DNA of 64,000 nt. Origin: a virus. The position numbers and the translations under genes are program-made. Below are positions 47,367-56,216 of the stretch, one piece after another; the first letter of the stretch is position 1, and the number at the start of each line of letters is the position of its first letter. Below the pieces are notes generated by a model. The model had not been told where the DNA came from, searched no databases, and was given only the letters and a program-made list of their open reading frames with translations. The DNA lies in IMG/VR virus record IMGVR_UViG_3300020463_000008, positions 32,001 through 96,000 of that record; one strand, given 5' to 3'.

Positions 47367-48430
47367 TCAGCAGTTTCGCTCTCAAGGGTTTGTGCTTCAG
47401 CATACAGTCCTCTAAGGAATCCTTTTACCTTTTCTTTATCAACTGTCGTTTCAACACTTTCAACATAACTATTCAAAATATTCATAGTATCTTCTAGATT
47501 TAATTCTTCATCTATTTCGCCATCTTTAAACTCATTAAAATCTTCTATAATCCTTACATCGTGTGGACCTGCCTTATATATCTTCTTCATAAAAGAATCA
47601 AACTTATTAAAGTCTGTTTTATTAGCAACAATCACTTTAACATACTTGTCAGCCATAATAGTAGCATCATAATCATCATAGGAGTTATTTGCATCATCAT
47701 ATTCAACCCTTTCAAACATGGTGTAGGGGTTAGGTATGAATTCTAGATTCATGGTCTCAGTGTCCCATATATGGAATCCTCGAGGGTCTTTATAGTCTGA
47801 CCAAGTCAATTCATAAGGATTGCCGAGATAATATACATGACCATCGTTATTGCGATGATGATAATGCCCAGAATAAACTAGAGCGAATTTATTAAATCTT
47901 TCTCTATTTAAACCACCATGTGACTTAACACCTCTATGCATAACGAAACCAGATATCTCTAAATGCCCCATACATATTTCAGCAGTAGAGTCCTGCATTC
48001 TTTTCATACTCTCTTCATAGTTATCAGTACATATCCATGGTAGCATAAAAATTTCACGACCATCAACTGTTATATCCATCGCTTCAGGTATGGTAGTAAT
48101 ATTTTGATAATCATTTAATAGTAAGTCGATAGAATTAGTATCGTTGGTGTTCTTATAATAGGTATCGTGATTACCAGCTAACATCCACATGTTCATACCA
48201 GCATCTTTAATAGGGTCGAAAAAGAACTGTCTAGATCTTTTTAACGAATGATAATTAATGTATTTTCGGCGATCGAATGTATCGCCAAGATTTAATATTG
48301 TCTTGATACCTCTTTCTTTCAATGTAGGAAAGAATGTATTTGTATAAAACTTATCCATGTAATCTACAAATGTAGTGGCATCACCTCTAGCACCAAAGTG
48401 TAGATCTGTAATAATCGCAACTTTACTCAT
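47363..48430 (-). CDS. 47: Mre11/SbcD-like nuclease (gp47)
   Basis: ITDLHFG, LGDTFD, AGNHD, GHLE, SGHYH. Confidence 0.96.
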   Translation of the reverse strand: MSKVAIITDLHFGARGDATTFVDYMDKFYTNTFFPTLKERGIKTILNLGDTFDRRKYINYHSLKRSRQFFFDPIKDAGMNMWMLAGNHDTYYKNTNDTNSIDLLLNDYQNITTIPEAMDITVDGREIFMLPWICTDNYEESMKRMQDSTAEICMGHLEISGFVMHRGVKSHGGLNRERFNKFALVYSGHYHHRNNDGHVYYLGNPYELTWSDYKDPRGFHIWDTETMNLEFIPNPYTMFERVEYDDANNSYDDYDATIMADKYVKVIVANKTDFNKFDSFMKKIYKAGPHDVRIIEDFNEFKDGEIDEELNLEDTMNILNSYVESVETTVDKEKVKGFLRGLYAEAQTLESETAE

Positions 48431-48986
48431 TCACATCATCCAACGCATCAGAGATGGGTGTGGACTTTTTTTCTTTCTTCTTTTTTTCTTTTGCTTCAAA
48501 ATATGGGTCTAGAGTTTGGTTCTTCTTCATATATTCAATATAAGCATTCGTTCCTTCAGCATCTTCCCCTGCTTCCATAAATGCGTCAACATCCATTTCA
48601 GCAATTAGTTTTTGTTTTACATAGGTTTGTTTTTTCTCTTTCTTTATTCTTCGTAAGAAAGCATAAAATATAATCTGCGTAAAATATGAGAAAGGGTTTG
48701 CTGATTTATCAGGATCGAAGTTATGTATATATTGAATACAATTTTCAACACCATCTAAAATCATATCTTCCCGATAAGTATAGTTTATGAAGTTTGGTTT
48801 ATATGAAAGGTGTGTACCAATCTTTAATAAACATTCTCCAATATACTCTGGGATTCTTGGTTTATCTTCTTTTGCTTTTTTTGCCTTTAAACAGTCTTGC
48901 TTGTAATCTTTCAATGCTTGCAAGAACTTTTTATTATCAACATAATGTTGTGGCTTCTTCTTAGAAACTGCCATGTATTTCTCCAT
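48423..48986 (-). CDS. 55: Late-transcription sigma factor (gp55)
   Basis: HYVDNKKF, YIGEC, NFINYTYREDMI.DG.ENC, NPFSYFTQI.FYAFLRRI.KEKKQ. Confidence 0.96.
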   Translation of the reverse strand: MEKYMAVSKKKPQHYVDNKKFLQALKDYKQDCLKAKKAKEDKPRIPEYIGECLLKIGTHLSYKPNFINYTYREDMILDGVENCIQYIHNFDPDKSANPFSYFTQIIFYAFLRRIKKEKKQTYVKQKLIAEMDVDAFMEAGEDAEGTNAYIEYMKKNQTLDPYFEAKEKKKKEKKSTPISDALDDVNE

Positions 48987-48998
48987 TCATAATAAGTT

Positions 48999-49082
48999 AT
49001 TCTATATAAAGTTTTCTTAAAAGTAAACTATTAAAAAAATTATTTAAAATTGCTTTACTTTTAAGTTTTTTAAAGTTAGAGT
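48999..49082. promoter_or_regulatory. Back-to-back promoter pair
   Basis: Minus strand: TTTACT(49027-22)-17-TAGAAT toward gp55. Plus strand: TTTACT(49054-59)-17-TAGAGT(49077-82) pointing antisense into iscA. Confidence 0.65.
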
Positions 49083-49122
49083 ATGGGGTGTAGGGGGTTA
49101 AGTAATAGAGTAGAGTATTATA

Positions 49123-49428
49123 TTAGAAACCGACACTTTCACCACAACCACAACTTCCAGTAGCATTCGGATTTATAATCTCGATATGCGATCCTGCGAA
49201 ATCTTCCTTATAATCAATCTCAGATCCTAGTACATATAATTCAGCAGTCTTATCAACTATAATTATATCCTCGATTAGTGTACCATCCTCGACTGTATTT
49301 GTTTCTTCCCACTTATAAGTAAACCCAGCACAACCTCCACCATCGAGGGCGAGTCGTGCATACTTCATGCCAGACTTCTCAAGTCTTGCTTGCATATATT
49401 GTTTTGCTGGAATTGTTATACTTATCAA
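49123..49428 (-). CDS. A-type Fe-S cluster carrier (IscA/SufA/HesB family)
   Basis: GGGCAGFTY, GSEIDY, NPNATGSCGCGESVG. Confidence 0.93.
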   Translation of the reverse strand: MISITIPAKQYMQARLEKSGMKYARLALDGGGCAGFTYKWEETNTVEDGTLIEDIIIVDKTAELYVLGSEIDYKEDFAGSHIEIINPNATGSCGCGESVGF

Positions 49429-49904
49429 TGTATCGTATCCTTTTTAATACCTAATAATGCGTCTATTATTTCACTAGTATCTTCGTATCTGTCCTCTCCT
49501 AATATATCTTTGTTTCTTTCAATCATGTCGGAAGCAGTCTTCCTTAACATCTCTTGAGTTTCAAAGAGACTCTTCTTAGGTACTGGAACATCTATTAGTT
49601 TTTCATATTCTTCAACTAGTTCGATATAAAATGGTATAGAATAGGTGTGTAGTTGTTTAGTAAACATAATATCTGATTTCTTAAAGGTAAACTTTCTATC
49701 TTCTGCGAAACCACAGAATGGTGCAGCAGCAGTGACATCAACTATCTGGTCTTTTCTTTTATCTTGATGTATTCTTAATTCAAAGGGATACTCAACCGAA
49801 AGTGTTTCTTCGGTGTGTTGTCTTAGAGTAGCGACAAGCATTTCGCCTGATGCTAACTTAACCAAAACAAACTGATCGTCTTCTTTAATTAAGTTCTTGT
49901 TCAT
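49425..49904 (-). CDS. Conserved Sm-like protein next to uvsW
   Basis: VLVKLASGEMLVA; usual syntenic position. Confidence 0.7.
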   Translation of the reverse strand: MNKNLIKEDDQFVLVKLASGEMLVATLRQHTEETLSVEYPFELRIHQDKRKDQIVDVTAAAPFCGFAEDRKFTFKKSDIMFTKQLHTYSIPFYIELVEEYEKLIDVPVPKKSLFETQEMLRKTASDMIERNKDILGEDRYEDTSEIIDALLGIKKDTIH

Positions 49905-51409
49905 ATATTTACCTCTACAATCTTGTAGTTAAATTTTTCTTCGGAGTATATAGATAGTCGTTCAGAAAAGTGTCTTAATGTATGATTCTTCCAACTTTTC
50001 CAAGATAGGTCATCCGCAACATCATATAAGTTGCAACTATCCTTCCCCTCTTTCAATCTTAAACCTCGACCAATAGATTGTAAGTTTCTTATCTTACTTT
50101 TACTTGGTGAAGCGAAAATAATGTTTTCGATAGATGGTATATTAATGCCAGTCGAGAATGTACCAAATGAAGCAACTATTATATTGTTGTCTGTATCGCC
50201 TGCTATTTCTCTGACCTTTTCCCTATCCTTTACGACAGTGTCGCCTGAAACAAACCAGATGTCCTTTGAACCATCTACCTTTTTATTTAGGTTTTCATAT
50301 AGTGGAATTCCATGCTTCTGTACAAATTGGTACAGTACTAATGTATTTCCTTTTAAATCACTAGCCAAGTTGACTATGAATTTATTTCTAGCATCATTAG
50401 TGACTAGATAATCCATTTCATCAGCATACTTGTTATTCTTTCTACCCATTCTATCTGTTTCATCGTATTTTAATAATAAACAAGTAATATCTAATTCAGC
50501 AACCTTTTTATCTTCCATCAATTGCTTAGTAGTAGTGACAGCAAACACTGGTCCAAATACACCTTCTAAAACTAATTTATGAACTTTCTTTCCATCAATC
50601 GTACCAGTCGTGCCTATTCTATAATCGCAATTAATTAATTTATCCATACAGGTCGTAAGGGATCTTGCTTTAAATTGATGTGCTTCATCTCCGAAACATA
50701 CATCAAACTGAGAGAACCATTGTCTTGGTTGTTTATAAACTGACTGCCATGTTGTAATTAATACATCACTCGTAATATCTTTTGTAAATCCTGAATATAG
50801 TTTTTGTACATGATGATTTACATCCCACCCATTGATGGATGAGTAGTCTTGGAAGTCTTTATAGAGTTGTTCTACTAATGAAGTCGTTGGTACTATGATT
50901 ATTGCTTTTTTACCCATATTGAGTAAGTATCGCAGAGTTGAATAGATAATTAATGATTTTCCACTCGCTGTAGGACTCACTAGGAGTGTTCTTTGGTCAT
51001 TAATGGCTTTATGTATAGCTTCAGTCTGATACTCCCTCACGGAGAGTTTTGACCCCTTAGATGCTAAATCTAGTGAATCTACCCAGTTTTCTACCTCTTC
51101 AAAGGGTATTTTTCGGTCTATAACGATTAAATCCTTACATTCTATCTCATAACCTCGTTCAACTGCAAATCTTTCTACATATTTGTATAATCCAAGATAT
51201 AATGTGTGTCGTATTCTGTCATATTGTCGTATTTTTCCATCCCAGAGACGAGATCTGAACTGTGGAGTGAATTGTGCTCCTGGAACTGAATATGTGAAGT
51301 AGTCAGACAGCTCCTGTTCAGTGCCTGGATCGGAAAAGCAACGAATATGTATGTTGCTTGCTTTTTCTATTGTTATTTTAGGCACCAGATATAAATTTTT
51401 TCCACTCAA
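49901..51409 (-). CDS. uvsW: DNA helicase UvsW
   Basis: WDGKIR, SPTASGKS, VPTTSLVEQ, DEAH, FSTGINI, QSIGRGLR. Confidence 0.95.
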   Translation of the reverse strand: MSGKNLYLVPKITIEKASNIHIRCFSDPGTEQELSDYFTYSVPGAQFTPQFRSRLWDGKIRQYDRIRHTLYLGLYKYVERFAVERGYEIECKDLIVIDRKIPFEEVENWVDSLDLASKGSKLSVREYQTEAIHKAINDQRTLLVSPTASGKSLIIYSTLRYLLNMGKKAIIIVPTTSLVEQLYKDFQDYSSINGWDVNHHVQKLYSGFTKDITSDVLITTWQSVYKQPRQWFSQFDVCFGDEAHQFKARSLTTCMDKLINCDYRIGTTGTIDGKKVHKLVLEGVFGPVFAVTTTKQLMEDKKVAELDITCLLLKYDETDRMGRKNNKYADEMDYLVTNDARNKFIVNLASDLKGNTLVLYQFVQKHGIPLYENLNKKVDGSKDIWFVSGDTVVKDREKVREIAGDTDNNIIVASFGTFSTGINIPSIENIIFASPSKSKIRNLQSIGRGLRLKEGKDSCNLYDVADDLSWKSWKNHTLRHFSERLSIYSEEKFNYKIVEVNI

Positions 51410-51815
51410 TGGAGTTTTTAATGTCCCAACCTCTACCTGAGATTGATTTCATGATACTTTCGCACGCATAAACCATGTCTTCTAGATAACTTATGCGTAC
51501 AGTCATCTTAATTAGGTCGTCATCGCCATGTAATAGGTCGTCTTGTACTGATTTTATAGGTTTTATGCCTTGGTATTGGTCCCAGTCGTGTTCCTGCAAC
51601 TCTTCCCTAGACAGTTCGCCATTATAATATCTTATTTTTAATCTTCGTAAGGCATGAAACTCTGCTCTATGCTTTGTAAGTTTTAATTTATACTCCATCA
51701 AAAATTTTAAATACTTCTGATGTAAGTTAGGAATGCGAACAGCTTCTTTATCTAGATGATCGTCATCTATAATAGAGTCAGCTTTCCATTCGTCTTGTAG
51801 TTCTGTCAAATTCAT
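51378..51815 (-). CDS. uvsY: Recombination mediator UvsY
   Basis: W..DS.ID, IPNLHQKYL, YYNG, RGWDIKNSIEWKKF; promoter TTTACT-17-TAGAAT at 51841-51869. Confidence 0.92.
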   Translation of the reverse strand: MNLTELQDEWKADSIIDDDHLDKEAVRIPNLHQKYLKFLMEYKLKLTKHRAEFHALRRLKIRYYNGELSREELQEHDWDQYQGIKPIKSVQDDLLHGDDDLIKMTVRISYLEDMVYACESIMKSISGRGWDIKNSIEWKKFISGA

Positions 51816-51872
51816 TGTAAATACTCCTTATACAAGGTCTATTCTATTCTAAAATTAGTTAAAAGTAAAGGA

Positions 51873-52403
51873 TTAAGAGATGTTATAATATGTAAATTTA
51901 AAGGTTGCACGAGCTGAAACCATCATAACATCCTGCATTTTAGACTCGAACTGTATAGGGTCTAGAGCAGTAGGGAAACAGTCTACAAATGTAAAGGTTT
52001 TCACTGGTGTGTTTTGTCCAGATAGGACTTGAAGTGTTGCATCTGAATAGTTTTGAGATATTTCTGATATCTTAGCTTTCTCATCAGATGTTAAGTAAGA
52101 AAGATATTGTTCGTGCTTTTCGGGATATCCGAGTCCAATCATCCAGTCATGTATAGCTTTCCAATTTATCATTTGAGCATCAACTTGAAACTCTACTGAA
52201 AGATCTTGGTAAGTAATTATTTCTCCAGGGATAGGACTAGCAACAAGAGGAGTAGCCTGCATAAATTCACCTAGATTTATTCCAGGCAAGTTTACAGATT
52301 GTACAAAGAAAGTTGTATCAGGTAATCTAGACACTTTGAATGTAAAGCCATTAGGATTTAATGGTGATAAGTCTGCTGGGAATGCATTTGAATAAGCTGT
52401 CAT
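51873..52403 (-). CDS. 3: Tail tube terminator / tail completion protein (gp3-like)
   Basis: NGFTF..LP.TTFFVQSVNLPGI, NWKAIHDWM, SDATLQVL, FVDCFPTAL, ATFKFTYY. Confidence 0.85.
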   Translation of the reverse strand: MTAYSNAFPADLSPLNPNGFTFKVSRLPDTTFFVQSVNLPGINLGEFMQATPLVASPIPGEIITYQDLSVEFQVDAQMINWKAIHDWMIGLGYPEKHEQYLSYLTSDEKAKISEISQNYSDATLQVLSGQNTPVKTFTFVDCFPTALDPIQFESKMQDVMMVSARATFKFTYYNIS

Positions 52404-52543
52404 TAATTAACTCTCTTTTTTTGTAATTGTCTTAAATGGAATAAATGGGAAGACCACATTTGTTTGAACCCATGGTCTTGAGCAGCTTTTATAACTTTCT
52501 CAAGTTTTGCGATTCTACGAGCTAGTAGTTCCTCTGGTGCCAT
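52403..52543 (-). CDS. Small hypothetical protein (46 aa)
   Basis: MAPEELLARRIAKLEKVIKAAQDHGFKQMW...; stop overlaps the gp3 start. Confidence 0.55.
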   Translation of the reverse strand: MAPEELLARRIAKLEKVIKAAQDHGFKQMWSSHLFHLRQLQKKRVN

Positions 52544-52670
52544 TTTCTCTCTGTTCGATTTTTTTCTTTAAATCTTTTTTGTTTTTCCACATTTCTTTAA
52601 TGCGTGGGTCAGAAGTTTTCTCTACCATCTTGTCAAAATTTTCCACATCTCTTAACAAACTTTTTGTCAT
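52515..52670 (-). CDS. Small hypothetical protein (51 aa)
   Basis: MTKSLLRDVENFDKMVEKTSDPRIKEMW...; ATGA coupling with the upstream gene. Confidence 0.55.
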   Translation of the reverse strand: MTKSLLRDVENFDKMVEKTSDPRIKEMWKNKKDLKKKIEQRENGTRGTTSS

Positions 52671-52807
52671 AACCATATTCCTTGTATAAACAAACCAAGA
52701 GCCATCCCAAATAGGAAAGCCATTAATATTAATTTATAATAGTCTATTTCGAATGTGACTTGAAACCAGTCAATCATTCGTTCGTAATATTCAATCAATC
52801 TAGACAT
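52667..52807 (-). CDS. Small membrane protein
   Basis: MSRLIEYY... with GAGG RBS and a CTAAATA box at 52822-52828; C-terminal TM helix. Confidence 0.6.
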   Translation of the reverse strand: MSRLIEYYERMIDWFQVTFEIDYYKLILMAFLFGMALGLFIQGIWL

Positions 52808-52845
52808 AATATCCTCACTACTATTTAGGTCTTTTGAAACCTCAA

Positions 52846-52953
52846 TTAGTGATAATATTGTAGATACCAGATGACTGAAACAGCTAGAGTACAAGGAACG
52901 ATGGCGAGACAGGATGGTAAGAACACCATATAAAATAGTGGTCTCTTCAACAT
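52846..52953 (-). CDS. Small membrane peptide
   Basis: MLKRPLFYMVFLPSCLAIVPCTLAVSVIWYLQYYH; could start at TTG 52998. Confidence 0.45.
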   Translation of the reverse strand: MLKRPLFYMVFLPSCLAIVPCTLAVSVIWYLQYYH

Positions 52954-52987
52954 GAAGTCGACATCGTCCTCGTGAGTTTTGGTTGGT

Positions 52988-53128
52988 TTAGAATCCAAGA
53001 TAACTCAGTCGCATCGTCACGACTGTGGCAACTGGGAATCCTAAAGGAAGAGCAATGAATGCTAGAAATTTGGCGAGTGCTTTGGTTTTTCGCACCATGC
53101 TCTTCGTTAATTTAATAACTGTGGACAT
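52988..53128 (-). CDS. Small membrane peptide (46 aa)
   Basis: MSTVIKLTKSMVRKTKALAKFLAFIALPLGFPVATVV...; AGGA RBS, CTAAATA box at 53192-53198. Confidence 0.55.
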   Translation of the reverse strand: MSTVIKLTKSMVRKTKALAKFLAFIALPLGFPVATVVTMRLSYLGF

Positions 53129-53205
53129 GGTTTTTCCTGTTAAGGGTTAATAATTGGTTATAAAAAAATAATTTTTTATTACCACCAAAAATATTTAGTA
53201 CAAAT

Positions 53206-53253
53206 AAAAAAGCTGGGAGGTTATAAGTTTATAAGTCTTACACCACCCAGCTC
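53206..53253 (-). terminator. Terminator after the YRG-repeat gene
   Basis: AGCTGGG...CCCAGCT stem followed by a U-run on the minus strand; unusually long loop. Confidence 0.55.
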
Positions 53254-53264
53254 CTCTAATAAGA

Positions 53265-53426
53265 TTAGTGCTTTATGCCACGATACGATAAATCGCTTTT
53301 GACAGTTGCACTTTCCTTTTCGATAGTACCATGCTTGACACCTCTGTAAATACCAGCATTAGACTTCTTAGTCTCTTTGCTAACATTCTCGTCAGTGACT
53401 TTGATACCTCTGTAGAAAGTAGTCAT
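53265..53426 (-). CDS. DUF4278-like small protein with three YRG(I/V)K repeats
   Basis: MTTFYRGIKVTDENVSKETKKSNAGIYRGVKHGTIEKESATVKSDLSYRGIKH; GGAGG RBS. Confidence 0.75.
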   Translation of the reverse strand: MTTFYRGIKVTDENVSKETKKSNAGIYRGVKHGTIEKESATVKSDLSYRGIKH

Positions 53427-53480
53427 CGTTTCCTCCAGTTTTCATTGGTTAATATTAAGTCATATTAAAATGACAGCCAA

Positions 53481-53616
53481 TGCGTTCCTTCAGTTGGATT
53501 GTCGGTCTCGTTCCCTTTCGATCGTGTCTAATTGGTACTAGCTTGCCCCATTGCTGGGAGGTTTTCCTTTTCCTACTTACTTCCGTCCACTGCTACATTT
53601 AGAGTGAATGAACGAT
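53481..53616 (-). ncRNA. Glutamine riboswitch-like (glnA motif) RNA with expanded P3
   Basis: AUCGUUCAUUCAC...GUGGACGGAAGUA...GAAGGAACGC matches the glnA-type core and lies upstream of a DUF4278-like gene. Confidence 0.75.
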
Positions 53617-53670
53617 GTTAGTAAAACTAACACTATTATTTAGCCTGAAAAAAACTTAAAAGTAAAGCAC

Positions 53671-53700
53671 AAAAAAAAGGGGAGCCGAAGCTCCCCTTTT
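53671..53700 (-). terminator. Rho-independent terminator after gp23
   Basis: AAAAGGGGAGC-UUCG-GCUCCCCUUUUUUUU, the T4-type UUCG tetraloop. Confidence 0.92.
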
Positions 53701-53726
53701 AAGGATTGTACCTTAGAGTTCTAAGA

Positions 53727-54992
53727 TTACATTAAGTTAGTGACTTTAACTCTTCTGTAGTAGTAGTTCTCGTCAGCAACTAGATCGCCTGAGCCATCCA
53801 ACTGTATGAAAGGATTTGAAGTGAAACCATATCTGGTTTTAAATCCAATTTTTGGTTGGAAAGTTGAAGGATCTACTGCTCTAACTAATTGTAAAGGCAC
53901 ATATGGGCAGTAAAATAATCCTGCGTCAAATGCTGAAGCACCTTTATAACCAACGATAAAGTACTGACTAGCAGCACCATTCGCAGTATAAGGGTCTACA
54001 TACACTTTGTAGCGTCCATTAAGAACACCAGCAAAAGTAGTAGAAGCTTCGTCTACATTTAGGTTAGTTGAAAGGGCAGGTGCGTAATCAAGAACACCAG
54101 CCATTGCTAGAGCACTTGCAACATCTGAAGAACAGATGATGAAGTTTGCTTTTCCTCTACGAGTTTGTTGAGCAACAGCATTAGCTTCTCTTTCGATTTG
54201 AAAAAGTAAACCTTTGAATTTCTCAACAGACCATCTACCAGATGCATCAACATCTAGATCGAAAGTTCCCGCAGTAGCAGTACCTGTTTGGGCACCAGCT
54301 TTAGCAGTTTTGTACACAGTTCTAATAACTTCTCTGTTAATCTCAGATAAGATTTCAGTAGAAAGAATATTAGATAGTTCTCCCTCAGCATCTAAACCAT
54401 GAACTGATTTAAGATCTTGAGCAAGTTCTATTGTGTATTCAGCTTTCAGAGCACGAGACTTAGCAGTCACTGAAGTTTTTTCGATTGAGAAAGCCATTTC
54501 GTTGAAAGTGCTTCCGTCACCTAGTACCTCAGCATCAGCAGTCGATTTTCCAGTACCAGTTGTATAAGTACCATCAACTGGATTAGATCCAGCATGAGTA
54601 CCTGAACCAGAAAAGTCTGTGTCAGCTTCGTTAAATAATGCTTCAGTTCCACCTTGCGTCGAATATCTTGCTTTCATAGCAAAAATTAGACCAGTAGGCT
54701 GAGTCATTGGTTGTACACCACAAATATCGTAAGCGATCATTTGCGGAGCAGATCTTCGTACTAAAGAAATTAGTACTGGATCAAATTTGGCAACACCACC
54801 TGTATCAGGAAGAGCAGCAGCATCGTTGACATGAACAGCTTCAAACATCGCTTGCTTTTCTTCTTTGATAGCAGTTTCCTGGTTCTCAAGAAGTACAGCA
54901 GTGACTTCTTTTCTGTAATTGTCAGCAATTGGAGCTACACCTTCGTGTTCCAGAATAGGTGACCATTTTTCCATTAATGATTTTCTATCCAT
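53727..54992 (-). CDS. 23: Major capsid protein (gp23)
   Basis: FDPVLISLVRR, GVQPMTQPTGLIFAM, KSRALKAEYTIELAQDLK, YCPYVPL, FQPKIGFKTRYG. Confidence 0.98.
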   Translation of the reverse strand: MDRKSLMEKWSPILEHEGVAPIADNYRKEVTAVLLENQETAIKEEKQAMFEAVHVNDAAALPDTGGVAKFDPVLISLVRRSAPQMIAYDICGVQPMTQPTGLIFAMKARYSTQGGTEALFNEADTDFSGSGTHAGSNPVDGTYTTGTGKSTADAEVLGDGSTFNEMAFSIEKTSVTAKSRALKAEYTIELAQDLKSVHGLDAEGELSNILSTEILSEINREVIRTVYKTAKAGAQTGTATAGTFDLDVDASGRWSVEKFKGLLFQIEREANAVAQQTRRGKANFIICSSDVASALAMAGVLDYAPALSTNLNVDEASTTFAGVLNGRYKVYVDPYTANGAASQYFIVGYKGASAFDAGLFYCPYVPLQLVRAVDPSTFQPKIGFKTRYGFTSNPFIQLDGSGDLVADENYYYRRVKVTNLM

Positions 54993-55022
54993 TTTATTTC
55001 TCCTTAAAGTTGATAGATTAAT

Positions 55023-56195
55023 TTATTTACTCTTGCTTCTGTCAAGCATGTCAGCATAAGCAGAGATTTTAGGATCGTTAGATACCTTTTTATTCTCTTC
55101 TTCTAACTGTACTGGCTCATCAGTCACAACAGTTTCTACATTTTTTTTGCTTGGCTTAGAAGCAAAGTAAGATTCTCTGATAGTAGAGACTTTCTTTTCA
55201 AAAGATTCTTTTCCTTCAAAACTGAGATCCTCAGTTAATCCAGCAAATTTTTCTTTATCAGTTTCAGTCATCTTATCGGATGCCTTAGAAAGAACTTCCG
55301 CTCTTTCCATTTCTTTAACACTCTTAGAAAGTTCGACATTAGCTTCAAGTTGCTCATTGAGCTTCTTCTCTAATTCTTCTACTTTTTCTTGAGCATCACC
55401 AAGTAAGTCAAATCTTTCCTCAGGAACATCAACATAATGTTCTGTGAATAGATCTTTCATACCTTTAATGAAGCCATCTAAGATCTCCGACTTCATACCA
55501 GATTCGAGAGCGATTTCATTTTCACTTATCCACTGCTCAACTACATAGCTGAGATATCCATCAACTTTTTCAATTAAACTCTCTTTAGCTTCGTCTATTG
55601 CAACAGCATTAGACTCCTCTAATTCTTTTTTAAATTTAGCGACTTCAGATTTTACTCTTGAAACAACAACTGTTTCAAAGATAGTAGTAGCTTTTTCTTT
55701 AAACTCTTCAGATAGTTCTTCACCATTTAGTAATGCTTCAACATCTTCTGAAACATCAACAGTGAACTCTTCTTCAGACTCTTCTGCTACAACTTCTTCT
55801 TCAGACTCAGACTCTTCTTTTTTCATCATCTTTTTCTTATCTTTAGATGATTTCATATAAGTTTCGTCTTTAGACTTTTCGTCTTTTTTGTCGTCATCTT
55901 TGTCATCGTCGTCATCGTCATCGTCATCGTCATCATCGTCGCCATCTTTTTTCTTTTTCTTTTCGATAGCTTTTTTCAAAGCTGGTGGTAATTCACCTTC
56001 TTCGATTTTTTCTTCGGACTTCTCTTCCTCAGCAGGTGCTTCTTCTTCAGCTACTACTTCTTCAGCAGGTGCTTCAGCTTTAGCTTCCTCTTCTGATTTC
56101 TTCCATCCTTCAGATTCTTCTAGTGTTTCGATTTGCTCTTTGGCTTTATTCGATTCAGCTAGGAGATCCGCAATCTTTTGTTCTATACTTGACAT
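55023..56195 (-). CDS. 22: Prohead core scaffold protein (gp22)
   Basis: ELSEEFKEKATTIFE, VDGYLSYVVEQW..EN, LFTEHY.DVP; acidic N-terminal insert with poly-Asp. Confidence 0.93.
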   Translation of the reverse strand: MSSIEQKIADLLAESNKAKEQIETLEESEGWKKSEEEAKAEAPAEEVVAEEEAPAEEEKSEEKIEEGELPPALKKAIEKKKKKDGDDDDDDDDDDDDDKDDDKKDEKSKDETYMKSSKDKKKMMKKEESESEEEVVAEESEEEFTVDVSEDVEALLNGEELSEEFKEKATTIFETVVVSRVKSEVAKFKKELEESNAVAIDEAKESLIEKVDGYLSYVVEQWISENEIALESGMKSEILDGFIKGMKDLFTEHYVDVPEERFDLLGDAQEKVEELEKKLNEQLEANVELSKSVKEMERAEVLSKASDKMTETDKEKFAGLTEDLSFEGKESFEKKVSTIRESYFASKPSKKNVETVVTDEPVQLEEENKKVSNDPKISAYADMLDRSKSK

Positions 56196-56216
56196 AATTG
56201 TCTCCTTAGTAATGGG

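Noticed and set aside
55888-55945. (TCG/TCA)n trinucleotide run
   Set aside because: It simply encodes the poly-Asp tract of gp22; it is not a CRISPR array or a separate repeat element.
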